A stretch of 63,838 bases of DNA, filler included, from Intoshia linei (lineage: Eukaryota > Animalia > Orthonectida): assembly GCA_001642005.1 (NCBI GenBank). It is 6 parts of 6 records of this genome, joined end to end, with 100 filler letters (N's around TTAATTAATTAA, not from the genome) between each part and the next. Parts side by side here need not be neighbours in the genome. Positions count along the whole stretch, not along the records: positions 39,196 to 59,874 come from LWCA01000684.1; 5 more parts are not named here. The stretch is one strand, 5' to 3'. Shown here one piece after another: positions 40,560-53,642 of the stretch; the stretch's first letter is position 1, and every line of letters begins with the position of its first letter. Under the pieces are notes generated by a model that was not told the DNA's origin, did no database searches, and was given only the letters and a program-made list of their open reading frames with translations. The position numbers and the translations under genes are program-made.

Positions 40560-42422
40560 TTAAAAAGAACAGGAACCCTTGTCTAATTTTTTTTCTCTTC
40601 TTTCGATAAGTATCCTTTGAATGTCATCACAAGTAAGGTTGGATGGAACATTAAAATAGTTTGGAAAGCAATTTTTTTTGTTATAACTTGAATTGAATAT
40701 TGATTTGTAACCAGCCAAATCAATTGATTGCATTTTTCCATTAAAACATACTTTTTGTTTAGTTTTATTTAGGGAATCAGAACCAACACATAAATTACTT
40801 GCATCTCTAGCGTATTTTAGTGTACAAACATAATCGTTACTTGCACATTGTACTTTTTCACTTCTTTCAATTTTTAAATGTGTATTTTCAATTAAACAGA
40901 CGTTGCTTTCTGTAATATTAGTAAATATTTTAAGCCCACTTATAGTTTCAATTTTATATACTAAACTTTGACTTATACAATTTGGAATATTTTTGACTGA
41001 GAATATCAATGTTTTGAATGTATTTTATTTGGTATATTGAATACCTTTTATTTTTGTGTTTGGCAACAAATTATCGTTATATTGAATTATTTTACTAATA
41101 CAAATTTTATCCTTGGCAAAATGGAAAGATCTCATACCATCAAACGACAACCAAAGTGTTGTTTCACTAACCGCGTAAATAATAGTGTATTTATTAAAAG
41201 TGTCTAGCTTTAGGGTAGGCATAGTATACGTCATTTCCGTGATTGGCTTGTACCAATTTAATCCATCCTAATTGATGTATAAATCGGTATACTTTGATGT
41301 ACTCAACATTCTAAATGACGATATTCCCAATTTGTGAAATGATTCAAAATTTATTATGCAAGAATTTTCAGTAAATTCTAAATATTTAAAATAGTCACCG
41401 TTATCATATGAAAATTCAATGTGACAATTATCAGATATTATTAATATTGTATGATATTTAAATACATAATGATATATTTGCAACCCAGTTTCTGATACTT
41501 TTAATGTTTTGAATTGATTATAGCTTGTATTACTCATGATTAACTCGAATTGATCGTTACATAAAGTGAAAAAACATTTCCAGCTTTTTAAAAATCCTCT
41601 AATATTCTAAAAATTGAAATTAAATTATTTTCATAATTGTTTAAGCATTTAAGTTTACCTTAAATTGTATTAAGATTTGATTTCTAAGCGAATAAATTTT
41701 TCCTATTTCTACACCCTTATCATGAAACTTTGCAAGATTATTGTTTTGATTAGTATTGATAATTTTCATTTCACGTGTTACAAAAAGTTTAGTATGATTT
41801 TGTAATGTTACAATCATAAATTCATTATCAAATACGATCATTTTAAGCTTTGTAATATTCTTTATAAAAATGTTTATTTTATCTAATTGTACATCATACA
41901 CATGTATAGAGTATCAATTGATTCAATTTAAATGTTATCCGTACCATCAATTTCTATTAAATTATACACCCTAAAATTTAATCGACGACTTATATTTTTT
42001 ATATCCAATGAAAAAATAGTATTGCCATTTATCATTATACGCTTAAATAAACTCCATTTTTTATTTAGAGGAATTGGAGCAGTTTTAATCACGCGTACTT
42101 TTTTTGTTTCAGAAATCTTATTATCAGATGCTATATATAGCAATATTGAATCAAATCCCTTATTATTTATAATTTTGACATAAATTGTATTGGTATATTT
42201 TTTAGTTGATTCATTATTAGCATATGATTCATACATTTTCATTTCGTTTTTTAAATACTCCCATATCATTGTTTTATTATCATAATACACAACAAATACA
42301 TTACAAATTTTTAATATTGTTGAATTTTCCTTTAGATTTTCAAATTTAACTTCTTTTAAAGGGTTCGCAATTTCACGGGCGTTAACATAGAATAATATAC
42401 CTAAGAACAATATTATTTTCAT
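40560..42422 (-). CDS. VPS10/sortilin-like secreted protein containing an in-frame TAG (possible pseudogene)
   Basis: Signal peptide MKIILFLGILFYVNA; Asp-boxes FSYDNGDYF, YIN*DGLNW and LSFDGMRSF; 10CC-like tail QCASNDYVCTLKYAR..CV..VCFNG..GYKSI. Three short introns restore the frame. Confidence 0.6.
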
Positions 42423-43128
42423 TTTGGCATAAAATGAAATTGTCTTACAGTAAATATATCAATTCTTATTTACATGTTCGTGTTATTTATATAGCAAATA
42501 GATTAAATATAAATTATAAATACTATAACGTATCATTTATTGATTTATCTGTTTGTATAAGCTTGAAACTATATTATTTGTTTAGTACTGCGTAAAAACA
42601 TTAGCTAAACTAAAGGTTTGTATAGTATGCATCACTGTATGTAATTTTAGATTTTCTAAATTTAAATTAAAAAACTATTATATTTCACTTTCAATCTAAT
42701 AACAAATTAAAACAAATGCATTAATTGTTAAATTCAATGTTTTCATATTATTAGAATCAATTATTATTACAATTAGAATTAATATCACTCAATTACATTA
42801 TTATGATAATGTGTTTCACTGTGATATTAAACATGTTGATAAAATTTTACGCAATATTATTATGTATGATTTAGCTATTATTACATTGTTTGTTGTTTAA
42901 AAAGTTAATATAATCGGATAAATATTCCAACGTAGTGATGAGATTTTGAAAGTGCGCAAAGAATCTAATCTAATCAAATTAAAATATATTAATAGTAACA
43001 TTTAATTGATAAATATTCTAATATAGACATTTTAGTTTATCATTGGAGGTGGTTTTAAGTGGCAAATTTCTTTAAAGTTGAGCTAAAAATAACATTAATG
43101 ATAATTATTAATTAAAATTATAATAATA

Positions 43129-43535
43129 CTAGTTGACTTTTTTGTATTACGTACAAACAGCATCTAGCTTAGTCGAGGGCACATTTTTATTATAACAAAA
43201 AAATGAATTCAATAACAAAATCTAACTTAAAAATGCTACTATTCACTATTAACAATCCTTTAAAGGAGTGGTTCCCAAACGTATTTCACGTGCATCCGTC
43301 ATATCACATTACATTTTAATTTAAAGTAAATTATTCCATATTACAGTGTAAATGTAAATATTGATCCTACAATTTTAAAAAAACTTTGTATTGAACGTCT
43401 ACACATTTTCAATAAAAAAATATGGGTGAAAATCTATATAATTAATTCCTTCGGTATTTTTTTCATTGCTAGGCAATTTTTCAATCTCAAATTCTCATTT
43501 TCAAAACATTTTGTTATAAATTTAAATTGAAACTA
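43129..43535. mobile_element. Helitron 3' end (-, 43129-43340) abutting an internal fragment (+)
   Basis: ACTAG plus reverse-complement hairpin module; 43345-43535 matches 52606-52790. Confidence 0.7.
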
Positions 43536-43679
43536 GAACAGCGATTACTAAAAGCAATACAATATGGTTGTTTTAAAATTGAGTGCTCTACAGACATTGC
43601 CGCTCAGTGTCAAGTATAGAAGTCAGTCACACCAAAAATATTTTAATTAACATTTAACACAATGTCCCTCAAAAATATA

Positions 43680-46600
43680 TTTTAAAATAACGCTTGTTGG
43701 TACTGACACTTTGAGCAGCTAGTTCACTACTTTGACTTTTAAATTTACGCGATGACTTTGGGTTCGTTGTTTTTTCACATCTGTTTTTAATAATTTCCAA
43801 TCGACCAAATTCATTAAATGAATTTCCGGCTATATCAAAATTATTGTACTACAATGACAAATATACCTCATGACCATCTATTTTTTCATCTAAAAATAAA
43901 AATTATTTTAAAATTAAATTAAAAACTAAATGTACCATTTGAAATACCAACAGACTTGAAATGTTTCTTAGAGTACAGCAACTAAACAAGTTATAATCTA
44001 TAAATTAGAATTTAATAATTTTAATTAGATTGAAAAAAGAATACTTGTGGAAGCCCGTAGTATCTACTAGTTTTTTTTAACTAGATTATTCTTTTTTAAT
44101 GACCGAATGTGGCCAATCGAAGCAAATTTGGGTAATAGTTCAGAAATTTACTTTTTAAATCTCGATCGAAAATCGACATAGACCCATTTTTCTATGCAAG
44201 TGCAACAGGGATGAGATTTCTAATACTTTTTTTAAATTTTATGGTTATGCTGAAAAAAAATTAAAATTTTTGCTAATATAATATTAAAATAGGATTTTAA
44301 CCGAAAAAATTCAAATTTCTAAGCTTAAAAGATATTACATTATTATATAATGTATACTCGAGATAACGATATGTAAACAATTAATAATAACGTATACCCC
44401 GTATGTAGGTTCAAATCTGTGTCGATTGCAAAATTTGGCATAAGCGTCTTTATCCGACGAATTTTGTCGAATCGGTTGTTCGGATTGAGATCTAGACTTA
44501 ATCAGCATTCTCGACGGAGCTATGAATTGAATTAAAAAATGAAAACTATCAATAGTAAATAATTAATACAAACATGCATATTGAGATGAAAAGTAGCGTA
44601 ATCGTTTAACACGGCGAATAGTAAATCCTTCAGGTTTCCGACTATAGTATCTTGGGGCAAATTCTTTTTTGTCAATGTCGTATTGTAATTTTTCTTTAAT
44701 TAAGCCATTCAATATATCATGGCCAACAGATTTTGGTCCAAAATTCTTTTTTACACTGTTCATGTCTCTAACAGATCTTATTTTACTTCTACTTTTACGT
44801 TTACAAACTTTTATTTCACTGGGTGGAAAAACTGAATCTGAAGCAAGGGCCATGACAATACTCGGTGTAGTGGTTTGAAAATTCGTGTTAGACTCCGAAG
44901 AAGGTTTAGATTCAATTTCAGACTCATCAGTGCTTTCTTCATCAACTCGTTTTTCAAATCTATATATATCCGGAAAGGTAGAAACAAAATGCACCGGTGC
45001 AGGCCAATCTAATTGTTCAATTGGGTAATTTTTTTTTTTAGTAGCGTCACCAGATGGTTTTCTAAAACTCAATATATTCAATTAAAATTTATAATAATAT
45101 ATTACTTTGATCCACATATAATGTTGTTTCTATTCATTTGACTTTCCACACCAATACCCTGCATATTTATAAGTTGAGACATTCTGACAACTTTTGCATC
45201 TGTAAATTTAAATAAAATGTATGATATGATAACATTTATGAACAATAGTCAATAAAATAGTCATGAATGATATAAATAATGCAAAATTACTTGGAACTTT
45301 ACTTTCTGAAACCAATTGACCACGCCTTATTATGGTATTCAAATCCCTAGAAGCGTTTTTTAAGCAAACGTCGTTAAATGTTTCAATGGAATATTTTTTT
45401 AATTTGATTTCTCGTTTGGGATTATTATTCCATTTCAATTCATTTGCTTTATCATCTTCTTCAATTTCCTCGCTTTCTGGAGACATACCGTTTAATGTTT
45501 TAGTATTGTTATTCATTCTAAGTGTTATATATTATTCAATTGTTTACGTATAATCAAAGCAAGCCAAATTTAAATTACATTTTATCAATATACGAGGGTT
45601 CATCTATTGAAATTTCTATGGAATTTGTCTGTTTGACATGTATTTTACAATAATAAGTGTCATCTACTTTGAAATATTTCCTTTTTTTCAATTGTACTTT
45701 GCACACTATAAAATTTAAATTAGACTTTTAAATTTCATTTTAAATTAAAATAAAATAAATATATTTAGGTTAAATAATTTAGTGTCGCTTTTTAAAGTCA
45801 ACAAATTACTGATTACATCAAATTGATTATTTTATTGTATAAAAATCCTTACTTACAAACTTTTATATATACATTGTATATATAATGTATTTAAATGTGT
45901 TTTAGTTTGTTAACCAAATTATTCACAACTACTATTTAGGTTAACGGTTATGTAGTTTGTACACACAGCACCCAGCTCTGACGAGGGGTAATTTATTAAT
46001 TCCACTTTAAAAAAAATTCAATAATAAATTATTTTTTAAAAATGCTACGTTCACTAGAGCGTTAACTTTTTAGTTGAATTTTAGAATTTAATAAAATATA
46101 CGACCGTGTAATGAGTAATCCTAACTTATATAATATGCTACGCGATTTTTTTTTTGTGTGTGTGTCTCTATCTGTGTGTTCCACTTTATTAAAATAATAT
46201 CACTCTTAGACCACATAATTACAGTTTTTTCCAGGACGTTTAATAAGACTAATTCCCACCTCCCAATTTCACATGTTACGCGTCAAAAACCCCTGTTGTC
46301 CTTCTTTTATGAAAATCAAACGAGTTGGAGAATTTAAAACAATATATACTCTGATACTGATTTTAAAATCATAAATATTATATTTAATAAAAATTTAAAA
46401 AAAATATATCTTCATGGCCAAAACCCCAAATGGCCCTTATTTAATGAAAACAGCCCTATAATTTAAAAAAATTTACAGATGGAACAATTGTATCCTGTTA
46501 ACACACACAAAAAATTTCATTCCGAATAAGTGACGATTTCACGGTCAAAAAAACATTTTAGTATTCTACACACATTCTGTCTAATAAATTAAAAAAATGG

Positions 46601-49141
46601 GATAACAATTGTTTTTAAAATTATTTACGCAATATTGACAAAAAAAATTAGGATGGAATAATTCACTTTAAAAAAAAAGTAATGTGATATGACGGTACTA
46701 CCTGAAACAAGTTTGGCAACCACTCATTTAAAGGATTAATAATAGTGAAATAATAATTGTAGTAGGATTTTTAAGTTAGATTTTTAATATGAGTTTATTT
46801 TTTTAGCAGAATAAAAATGTGCCCTCGGCAAAGTTAGGTGCTTTTTGTACGTAGTACATAACAGTAAACCTAGTAATATACACTACTGACAATATTATAA
46901 AGCACCTCATATATTTTGTCGAAAAAAAACAAATAATATTTATAATTTACTAATTTCTCTTAGTAATATCTAAATTTGGATTTAAAACATAATAGAAGCA
47001 AAAAAATATAAAATAAAAAACTTTTTCTAATAAATGAGATTCAAATTATAAGTAAACAAAAAATGGGGACAAAAATGCTTTATAACAACGATTTAGATAA
47101 AATATATATTTGGACTACGATAAATTGCTAATTTGTAAGGTTATAGGAGAAGACGAGGTAAGTTATTAACGGAATATGAAAAAGGTCGTATTGTGTCATA
47201 TATTGACCAAGGTTTGAATAAAACAGGAATAGCTCGTTGTATCCGCCGAAGTAGGGCTTGCATTCAAAATTTTATAAAAAATCGAATAAGTGATGTATCT
47301 TTATCAAATATTAAAAAACCTGGATGTCCGAAAAAAATTGAATGAGACAGATAGGAGGCGATTAATTAGAGCGGCTTCGAATTCCCAAGCATCAGCCAGT
47401 AATTTAAGATCAGAAACAGATTTAAATAATGTCAGTGTAAGAACTATTCGACGAGAATTATCCAAAAGCTCAAATATTATTAGGTATTAATTAAAAAAAT
47501 GTCCACACCTAACTCAGCGACACAAAGACACTCGACTAAATTTTGCTAGATTAAACATGTCTACTAATTGGTCCAATGTCTTCTTTTCAGACGAGAAAAA
47601 ATTTAAATTAGATGGCGCGACGGTTTCTCTTACTATTGGCATGATTTAAGAAAAGAAAAATTATTTAGAATGTCAGGCCAATGTGGTGGCGGTGGCATTA
47701 TGATATGGCCAGCTTTTGAGAAAAATGGGAAGAGCTGAATATGCTTCGTAAATCGAAATATGAATTCCAAATGTTACATTGATTTTTGGAACAATATCTA
47801 CTACCTCATAGCAATAAATTTACTTTGTACGAGCAGGATAATGCATCGATACATGCGTCAAGAGAAAAAAAAATGTGGATTTCTTCAAAAGGAATTAATT
47901 TTATACAATGCCCAGCCTGCTCTCCTGATTTAAACCCCATTGAAAATCTCTGGGGTATTATTTCGAGAAGCATATATTGGGAAGGTAAACAATATTCAAA
48001 CCTTTAAAATCTTAAAGAAGCTATTATCGTCGCATGAAATGACATCAGTCAAGATACTATAAATTCCCTGATAAACAGTATGAATTCTAGATTATTTGAA
48101 GTAATTTATGGAAAAGGATGTATAACTAGATATTAAATAAAAATAAGCAATTTCTCGTAGTCCTAAATATATTTTTTACTTTAAATCGTTGTTATAAAGC
48201 ATTTTTGTCCCTATTTTTTGTCTACTATTAATTTGAATCTCATTTATTAGAAAAAATTTTTTATTGTATATTTTTTTTGCTTCTATTATGTTTTAAATCC
48301 AAATTTAAATATTCTTAAAAGAAATTAGCGAATTATAAGTATTATTTGTCCTTTTTCGACAAAATATATGAGGTGCTTTATAATATTGTCTAGCAGTGTA
48401 TACTGCATGTAGTCATGAAAAATTATCGTTGAATTTGAGTTTTTTTAATTCTAGCATTTAGATTTTTAAATCAACAGTAAACAGGCAACAACGCAGGTAC
48501 ATAATCAATCATTGTGTTTTATACAAGAAGAATTATAGTACAATCAAGTCAGAGCCGAACCTAACATGATTGACCATATCCCTCCACCCTACCCCACCGA
48601 AAATAAAAAGAGTGGTTCGTAACAAATTAAATTTTTAATTTTATAAAAATTTTTGCTACTTTTCCAGCCAAAAAGAGTCTCAGTGCTGAATGTTCTATTT
48701 TTCGTTTTTAAATATAATGAATTCTAATAGTTTTAATTAATCAAATACCCCAGTTTTAAAATCAATAACAATGTATTAAATTAAATGTAATTCTTGAATT
48801 CAACTATAAATGTATTATAATACTTTTTATTTGTCCGAAATGTGATTAATTGTATTAATTAACCCATTTCGTGTAATTTACAATGATTTAACTCTTTATA
48901 TCTAGAAAAACGTTATTACTCTATCAAATATTTTGCATACTAAATTTATTAATAATTTAATGAATACCACTACACACAAAACAATTTTTGTGAAGATACG
49001 ATTTATTAACCAGCAAGCACCTAGGTCCACAATCTTGTTCGCATAAATTGCAAACCAATCCTAATTACATGATAAAAGTAATACAATAATGACAAAGGTA
49101 CCAATTTTTGGTCTAGAACGATGAATCTTTAAACACTTCAT
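43680..49141 (-). CDS. Actin-binding LIM protein-like (abLIM/UNC-115), divergent; 3' end approximate
   Basis: LIM domain CNLC-x16-HKNCFVCSVC-x17-CKLH at 48862-49060 (needs one -1 correction); linker motifs PIEQLDWPAP and ILNGLIKEKL resemble the abLIM anchor region. Confidence 0.55.
46119..46873 (+). mobile_element. Complete non-autonomous Helitron
   Basis: A|TC...CTAG|T termini, no TSD or TIR, 5' TG/TC microsatellite, subterminal 3' hairpin. Confidence 0.85.
46881..48398 (+). mobile_element. Full-length decayed Tc1/Tc3-like transposon with ~250-bp TIRs
   Basis: TA|CACT...CAGTG|TA; long inverted repeats 46881-47129 and ~48146-48398. Transposase ~47150-48137 with RGKLLTEYEKG HTH, FSDEKKF.LDG..YYWHDLRKE, QDNASIH and SPDLNPIENLW (DD34E); stops and frameshifts present. 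Confidence 0.95.
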
Positions 49142-50539
49142 TTGATTTTCCTATACATTTATTTACATAATGATACAGTATCAACATTTAACACTACATT
49201 TCGGTAAAATTATAAACCTCATAGCGACAATTAATTAATCAATACCTCACGCCTTTAATAGCTACTAGTGTAATTTATAAATTTAGAAATGTATAACTTT
49301 TTATCCAGAATATTTTGGCAATATTTGACAATAAACAACAATTTTTGTACCTTAAGTAAAAATATGAATGAAAGAAACGTGTTTTATTATAAATAATATA
49401 ATACAATTGTCCTACATTTATATTTGACATTATTACGTAATCAATTTCCTATATATCCAAGTTAGTTAAAAATTATTATAATGACATAGATATTTTATTT
49501 GATTTTATATTCCTATATATAAAATCTTCATGGAAATGACACAATTAATAAACCAAACATGATATTTTTATTTTTAAAAAGATCATTGATCTATTTATTT
49601 ATTATCATATTTACAAAAATGTAATACAAATAAAAATGTATTATAAATGCAATAGACCACAATTTTACAAAATTAAAATACGTAATGTAATAATTAATTA
49701 TGTTACAACAATTAACTTTACGCATGTCTGCTATTTCATTAGTGTTTGTTTATGATGGACTACGGGATAAATTTAATAAAAAAATTCATTCAGATGGAAC
49801 ATGACGAACAATGTGTATGTATTTATGGGAAGTTGTATATATTTATTTTTATATAGTATATAAATAATAATCTCCAAATTGAAATTCTATATAATGTTGC
49901 AATTGATAATTTTGGTTTTGTATAATATTGTGTCTTCATATGTGTATATAAACCATAAAATGTTTTTCATACAATTCCAACTGATTTTATACATTTAAAT
50001 AATACTTTTTTAGCTGATTTTATTCGGTTTATTATCAATTTTTCCAAAAACATAATAAAATTTGGTTATTTTATCAATCCATGTTTAATGAACATTGTTT
50101 ATTGTAAAATATCAGTGTTATAAAAAAGCAATGTGTATTATTGCTGATTTGAGATAAATTTTAATTTAAAGAATTTTTAAAAATAAACATTAAAGTTTGA
50201 AATTTTAAAAAAATAACAAAGATGAACGTATAATGGTTATTAAGATTAAACATACTGAATATCGCTGAAATAGGGTTGACAAGGAAGGGATTAGAGGTAA
50301 GTTATTATTTTTGACTAAATTCTAAAATGTTGCTGTTTTGCGACACGACAATAATTACATTTATAATTTTGAGCATTGTGTAGAATCAATAAGATTCTGT
50401 AGGAATATAATTGATACATTTATGAACTGTTTATCAAGTATTCATAGTTTACACTGTAAGATTTTCAGTATTTTTATTACTATCTCAATTTACAAATATA
50501 AATTAACATTATTCATTATTACTGATAATTTTTGTTTAT

Positions 50540-51125
50540 TCATAATAATTTTCATATTTTTTAAAATTTGAAAAATGAAAATTAAATTTTGAAATAATGA
50601 AAATATACTAAAAGATATACAACTTTGTTATTATCATTTTTATATTTATTACAATCCTTTTAAATATTGGTAAAATTCACCTGAAATGTTTATAAAGTGC
50701 TGATTCCGTTAATTATTGATACATAATTGGTATTTTTAAGTATTTATTAAAATGATACTGAATATATATTATCACATTGAAAATGACAAAATGAATTTTT
50801 ATAATTTTATTTTTTCTGGAATTTATGCTATTTATGACAATTTTTAGGTGAGTGTTTTTACTTTATTGTTAAGATTATACAACTCATTCTGTCTAATAAA
50901 TTATTTCTTTAATTTTATTTTTTCTGGAATTTATGCTATTTATGACAATTTTTAGGATTGGACGTTTTACTTTATTTTTAATATTATATACACATTCACA
51001 AACATATAAATAAACAGACATACATTTTTAATCATTTTACTTTATACTAGGTTGACTGTTTTGTAATACTTAAAAACAGTACCTAGCTCTGCTGAGGGCG
51101 GACATTTTTAATTCTACCAAAAAAT
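50540..51125. mobile_element. Helitron internal fragment (+) and 3' end (-, 51046-51125)
   Basis: Matches 52790-52960 and 25760-25985; inverted terminal module begins ACTAGGTTGACTG. Confidence 0.65.
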
Positions 51126-51972
51126 TCTTACAAAAATAAGATAATTTTTGTAAGGAAAGTTATTTGTATAAAGTACAAAATAGACAAGCTATATTTTTAG
51201 TACATATTATGTACTAATAACATATAATGTATATTATTTTTAATAATTTATAAATGACAATGTAATAATTTTGGTTGAGTACTATATAATATAGATATAA
51301 ATAAATTTAAGTACAATCGTATTACAAAAATATAATATTAACATAATTTACTAAATTATTGATAAAATATGACACTTGAGATTAGTCTTTATTATAAACA
51401 AACATTTATTAACCTCAAATTTTGAAATTGATGGAGTATATTTCATTTAAATCTACTTCAAAAATGATTTTAATTGTTTTTAATAAATGAAGTATCCTTT
51501 TATATAACACTATTACACGAAACGTCTAAAATTTCAATAAAATCTGAAATTATTTAATGGTATATATTTCATTAATTGGGTTCATGGAACTATTTTGGGG
51601 TTATTAATACATGTATTGAAAACTTCAAATTAATGAGAAAAATTTTAGTAGGGATTGTATTTTGTTTGTGAAATATATTTTCTATAATCCACAATTCAGA
51701 CAATTAGGACAAAATAGTAAAATTTCAGTTATCATACATCAATTCTCTGTGGGTCCCACTTTTTATAAGTTTAATTTGAATTTAATTACATTAAACTATA
51801 GCAGTGATTCTTAACCGCTGCGTACTGGTGCTCCGCAAAGAAATTTGTGTTTATTTTATAAATTAGTGTCAAACTTTTAAACTTATAATTCTGTGAAGAA
51901 CATTTTGGATTTACTATTTCAATATTAATATAATAATTTATTTATCCTTTGTATGTAATACTGTATATGTAA

Positions 51973-53099
51973 TCCTAACTTATATAATATGCTACGCGAT
52001 TTTTGTTTGTGTGTGTGTTTGTGTGTTACGAATTATTTAAATAACTACCCGTCTTAGAATTTCATAAAGTCCACATTTCAATTACAGTTTTTTCCGGGGT
52101 GTGCGCAAACATAATTTCAACCTCCCAATTTCACATCTAAACGGGTGAAAAACCCCCATTGTCCCTCTTTTTGAAAATCAAACAATTTGGAGAATTTAAA
52201 AAAATATATACGCTGATACGGATTCTAAAATCATAAACATTATCATAAATTTCAATTTATAAAAATTATATCTTCAGGGCCAAAACCACAAATTACGCTT
52301 CTTTTTTTAATCAAAACAGCCCTAGAATTTCAAAAATTTTAATCCAAATAAGTGACGACTTTACGGTCAAAAAAGCATTTTAGTATTTATATATTTTTTT
52401 TCCGAAATATTTTATTAAAACAAAAATTGTGAAATAATTAACGGTCCAAAAATTAAAAAAAAGATTATTCTGATAGAGCTTATTCCACTTGATATAAATG
52501 CAAAAGTTCAACTTGAGAAATCTACGCATTCCCGATGAAAAATAATTTTTAATATATTATTAACCAATATTTTTCAAATATTTCGATTAAAATAAAAATG
52601 GAAAATGTAAATATTGATCCTACAATTTCAAAAAAAATGTNTGTGCATTGTACGTCTACACATTTCCAATAAAGAAATATGGGTGAAAATCTATATAATT
52701 CATTACTTCGATATTTTTTTCATTGCTACGCAATTTTTAAATTCTCATTTTCAAAACATTTTTAATAAAATTTAAAAAAGAAACTAAAACAACTTTGTTA
52801 ATATCATTTTTATATTACAATCCTTTGCAATATTGGTAAAATTCGACTGACATGTTTATAAAGTAAAGATTCGATTAATTATATATAAACTAAATATATA
52901 TCATCACATTGAAAATGACAAAATAGGTTTTTATAATTTTACTTTTTTGGAATTTGTGCTTTTTAAAACATTGATAATAGTGAATAGTAGGATTTTTAAG
53001 TTAGATTTTCAACATGAATTTATTTTTTTAAGTATAATAAAAATGTGCCCTCGGCAGAGCTAGGTGCTGTTTGTACGTAGTACATAACAGTCAACGTAT
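51973..53099 (+). mobile_element. Longest (~1.1 kb) non-autonomous Helitron copy
   Basis: A|TCCTAACTTATATAATATGCTACGCG start, (TG)n, and conserved 3' module; terminal CTAG degenerate. Confidence 0.85.
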
Positions 53100-53642
53100 A
53101 TATATAGACTGATTTTATATTTAAAAAAAAAAGGATAAATTTTATTTTTGATACTGAAAGACTCAATTTCTGAAAATAAAATTTACGATAAAACATCACT
53201 CTTGAAAAACTGTATCAGAAATCGGAGTTTTTAAGTTCTAGGACTATTTTTATAATTTTAGTTATTATATTAGTAGCATATTATATAAGTTAAAATCATA
53301 AATTATTATAATGCACAAAAATATGAGTTTAAACATTTTTTCCTAGTTTTTAATTATTAAGGAACCCATGATAAATTTTTTTGGAAGGGCGATAATCTTG
53401 AAAAAATATAATTTTTTTCATTTAGGTGGGATAGTTGAAAAAGGGTTGAGAATCCCTTGTTTAGATTAACATTAAAAATGTTTTCACATCATCTTTCACT
53501 GACATTGTTTAAAGATTTAACGCTTATTTATTCGTTATTAAATGTTAACAGTATAGTGAAATATTTATAAGAGGGAAAATTTGAAACAATTTTAAGTATT
53601 ATCTTTTCATTTTTTACGTAATCACTGCATTTCATTATACAT

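Noticed and set aside
41010-41045. Second in-frame stop (TAA) in the VPS10-like gene
   Set aside because: It lies within a plausible ~48-nt GTATTC...CTCAG intron that preserves the frame.
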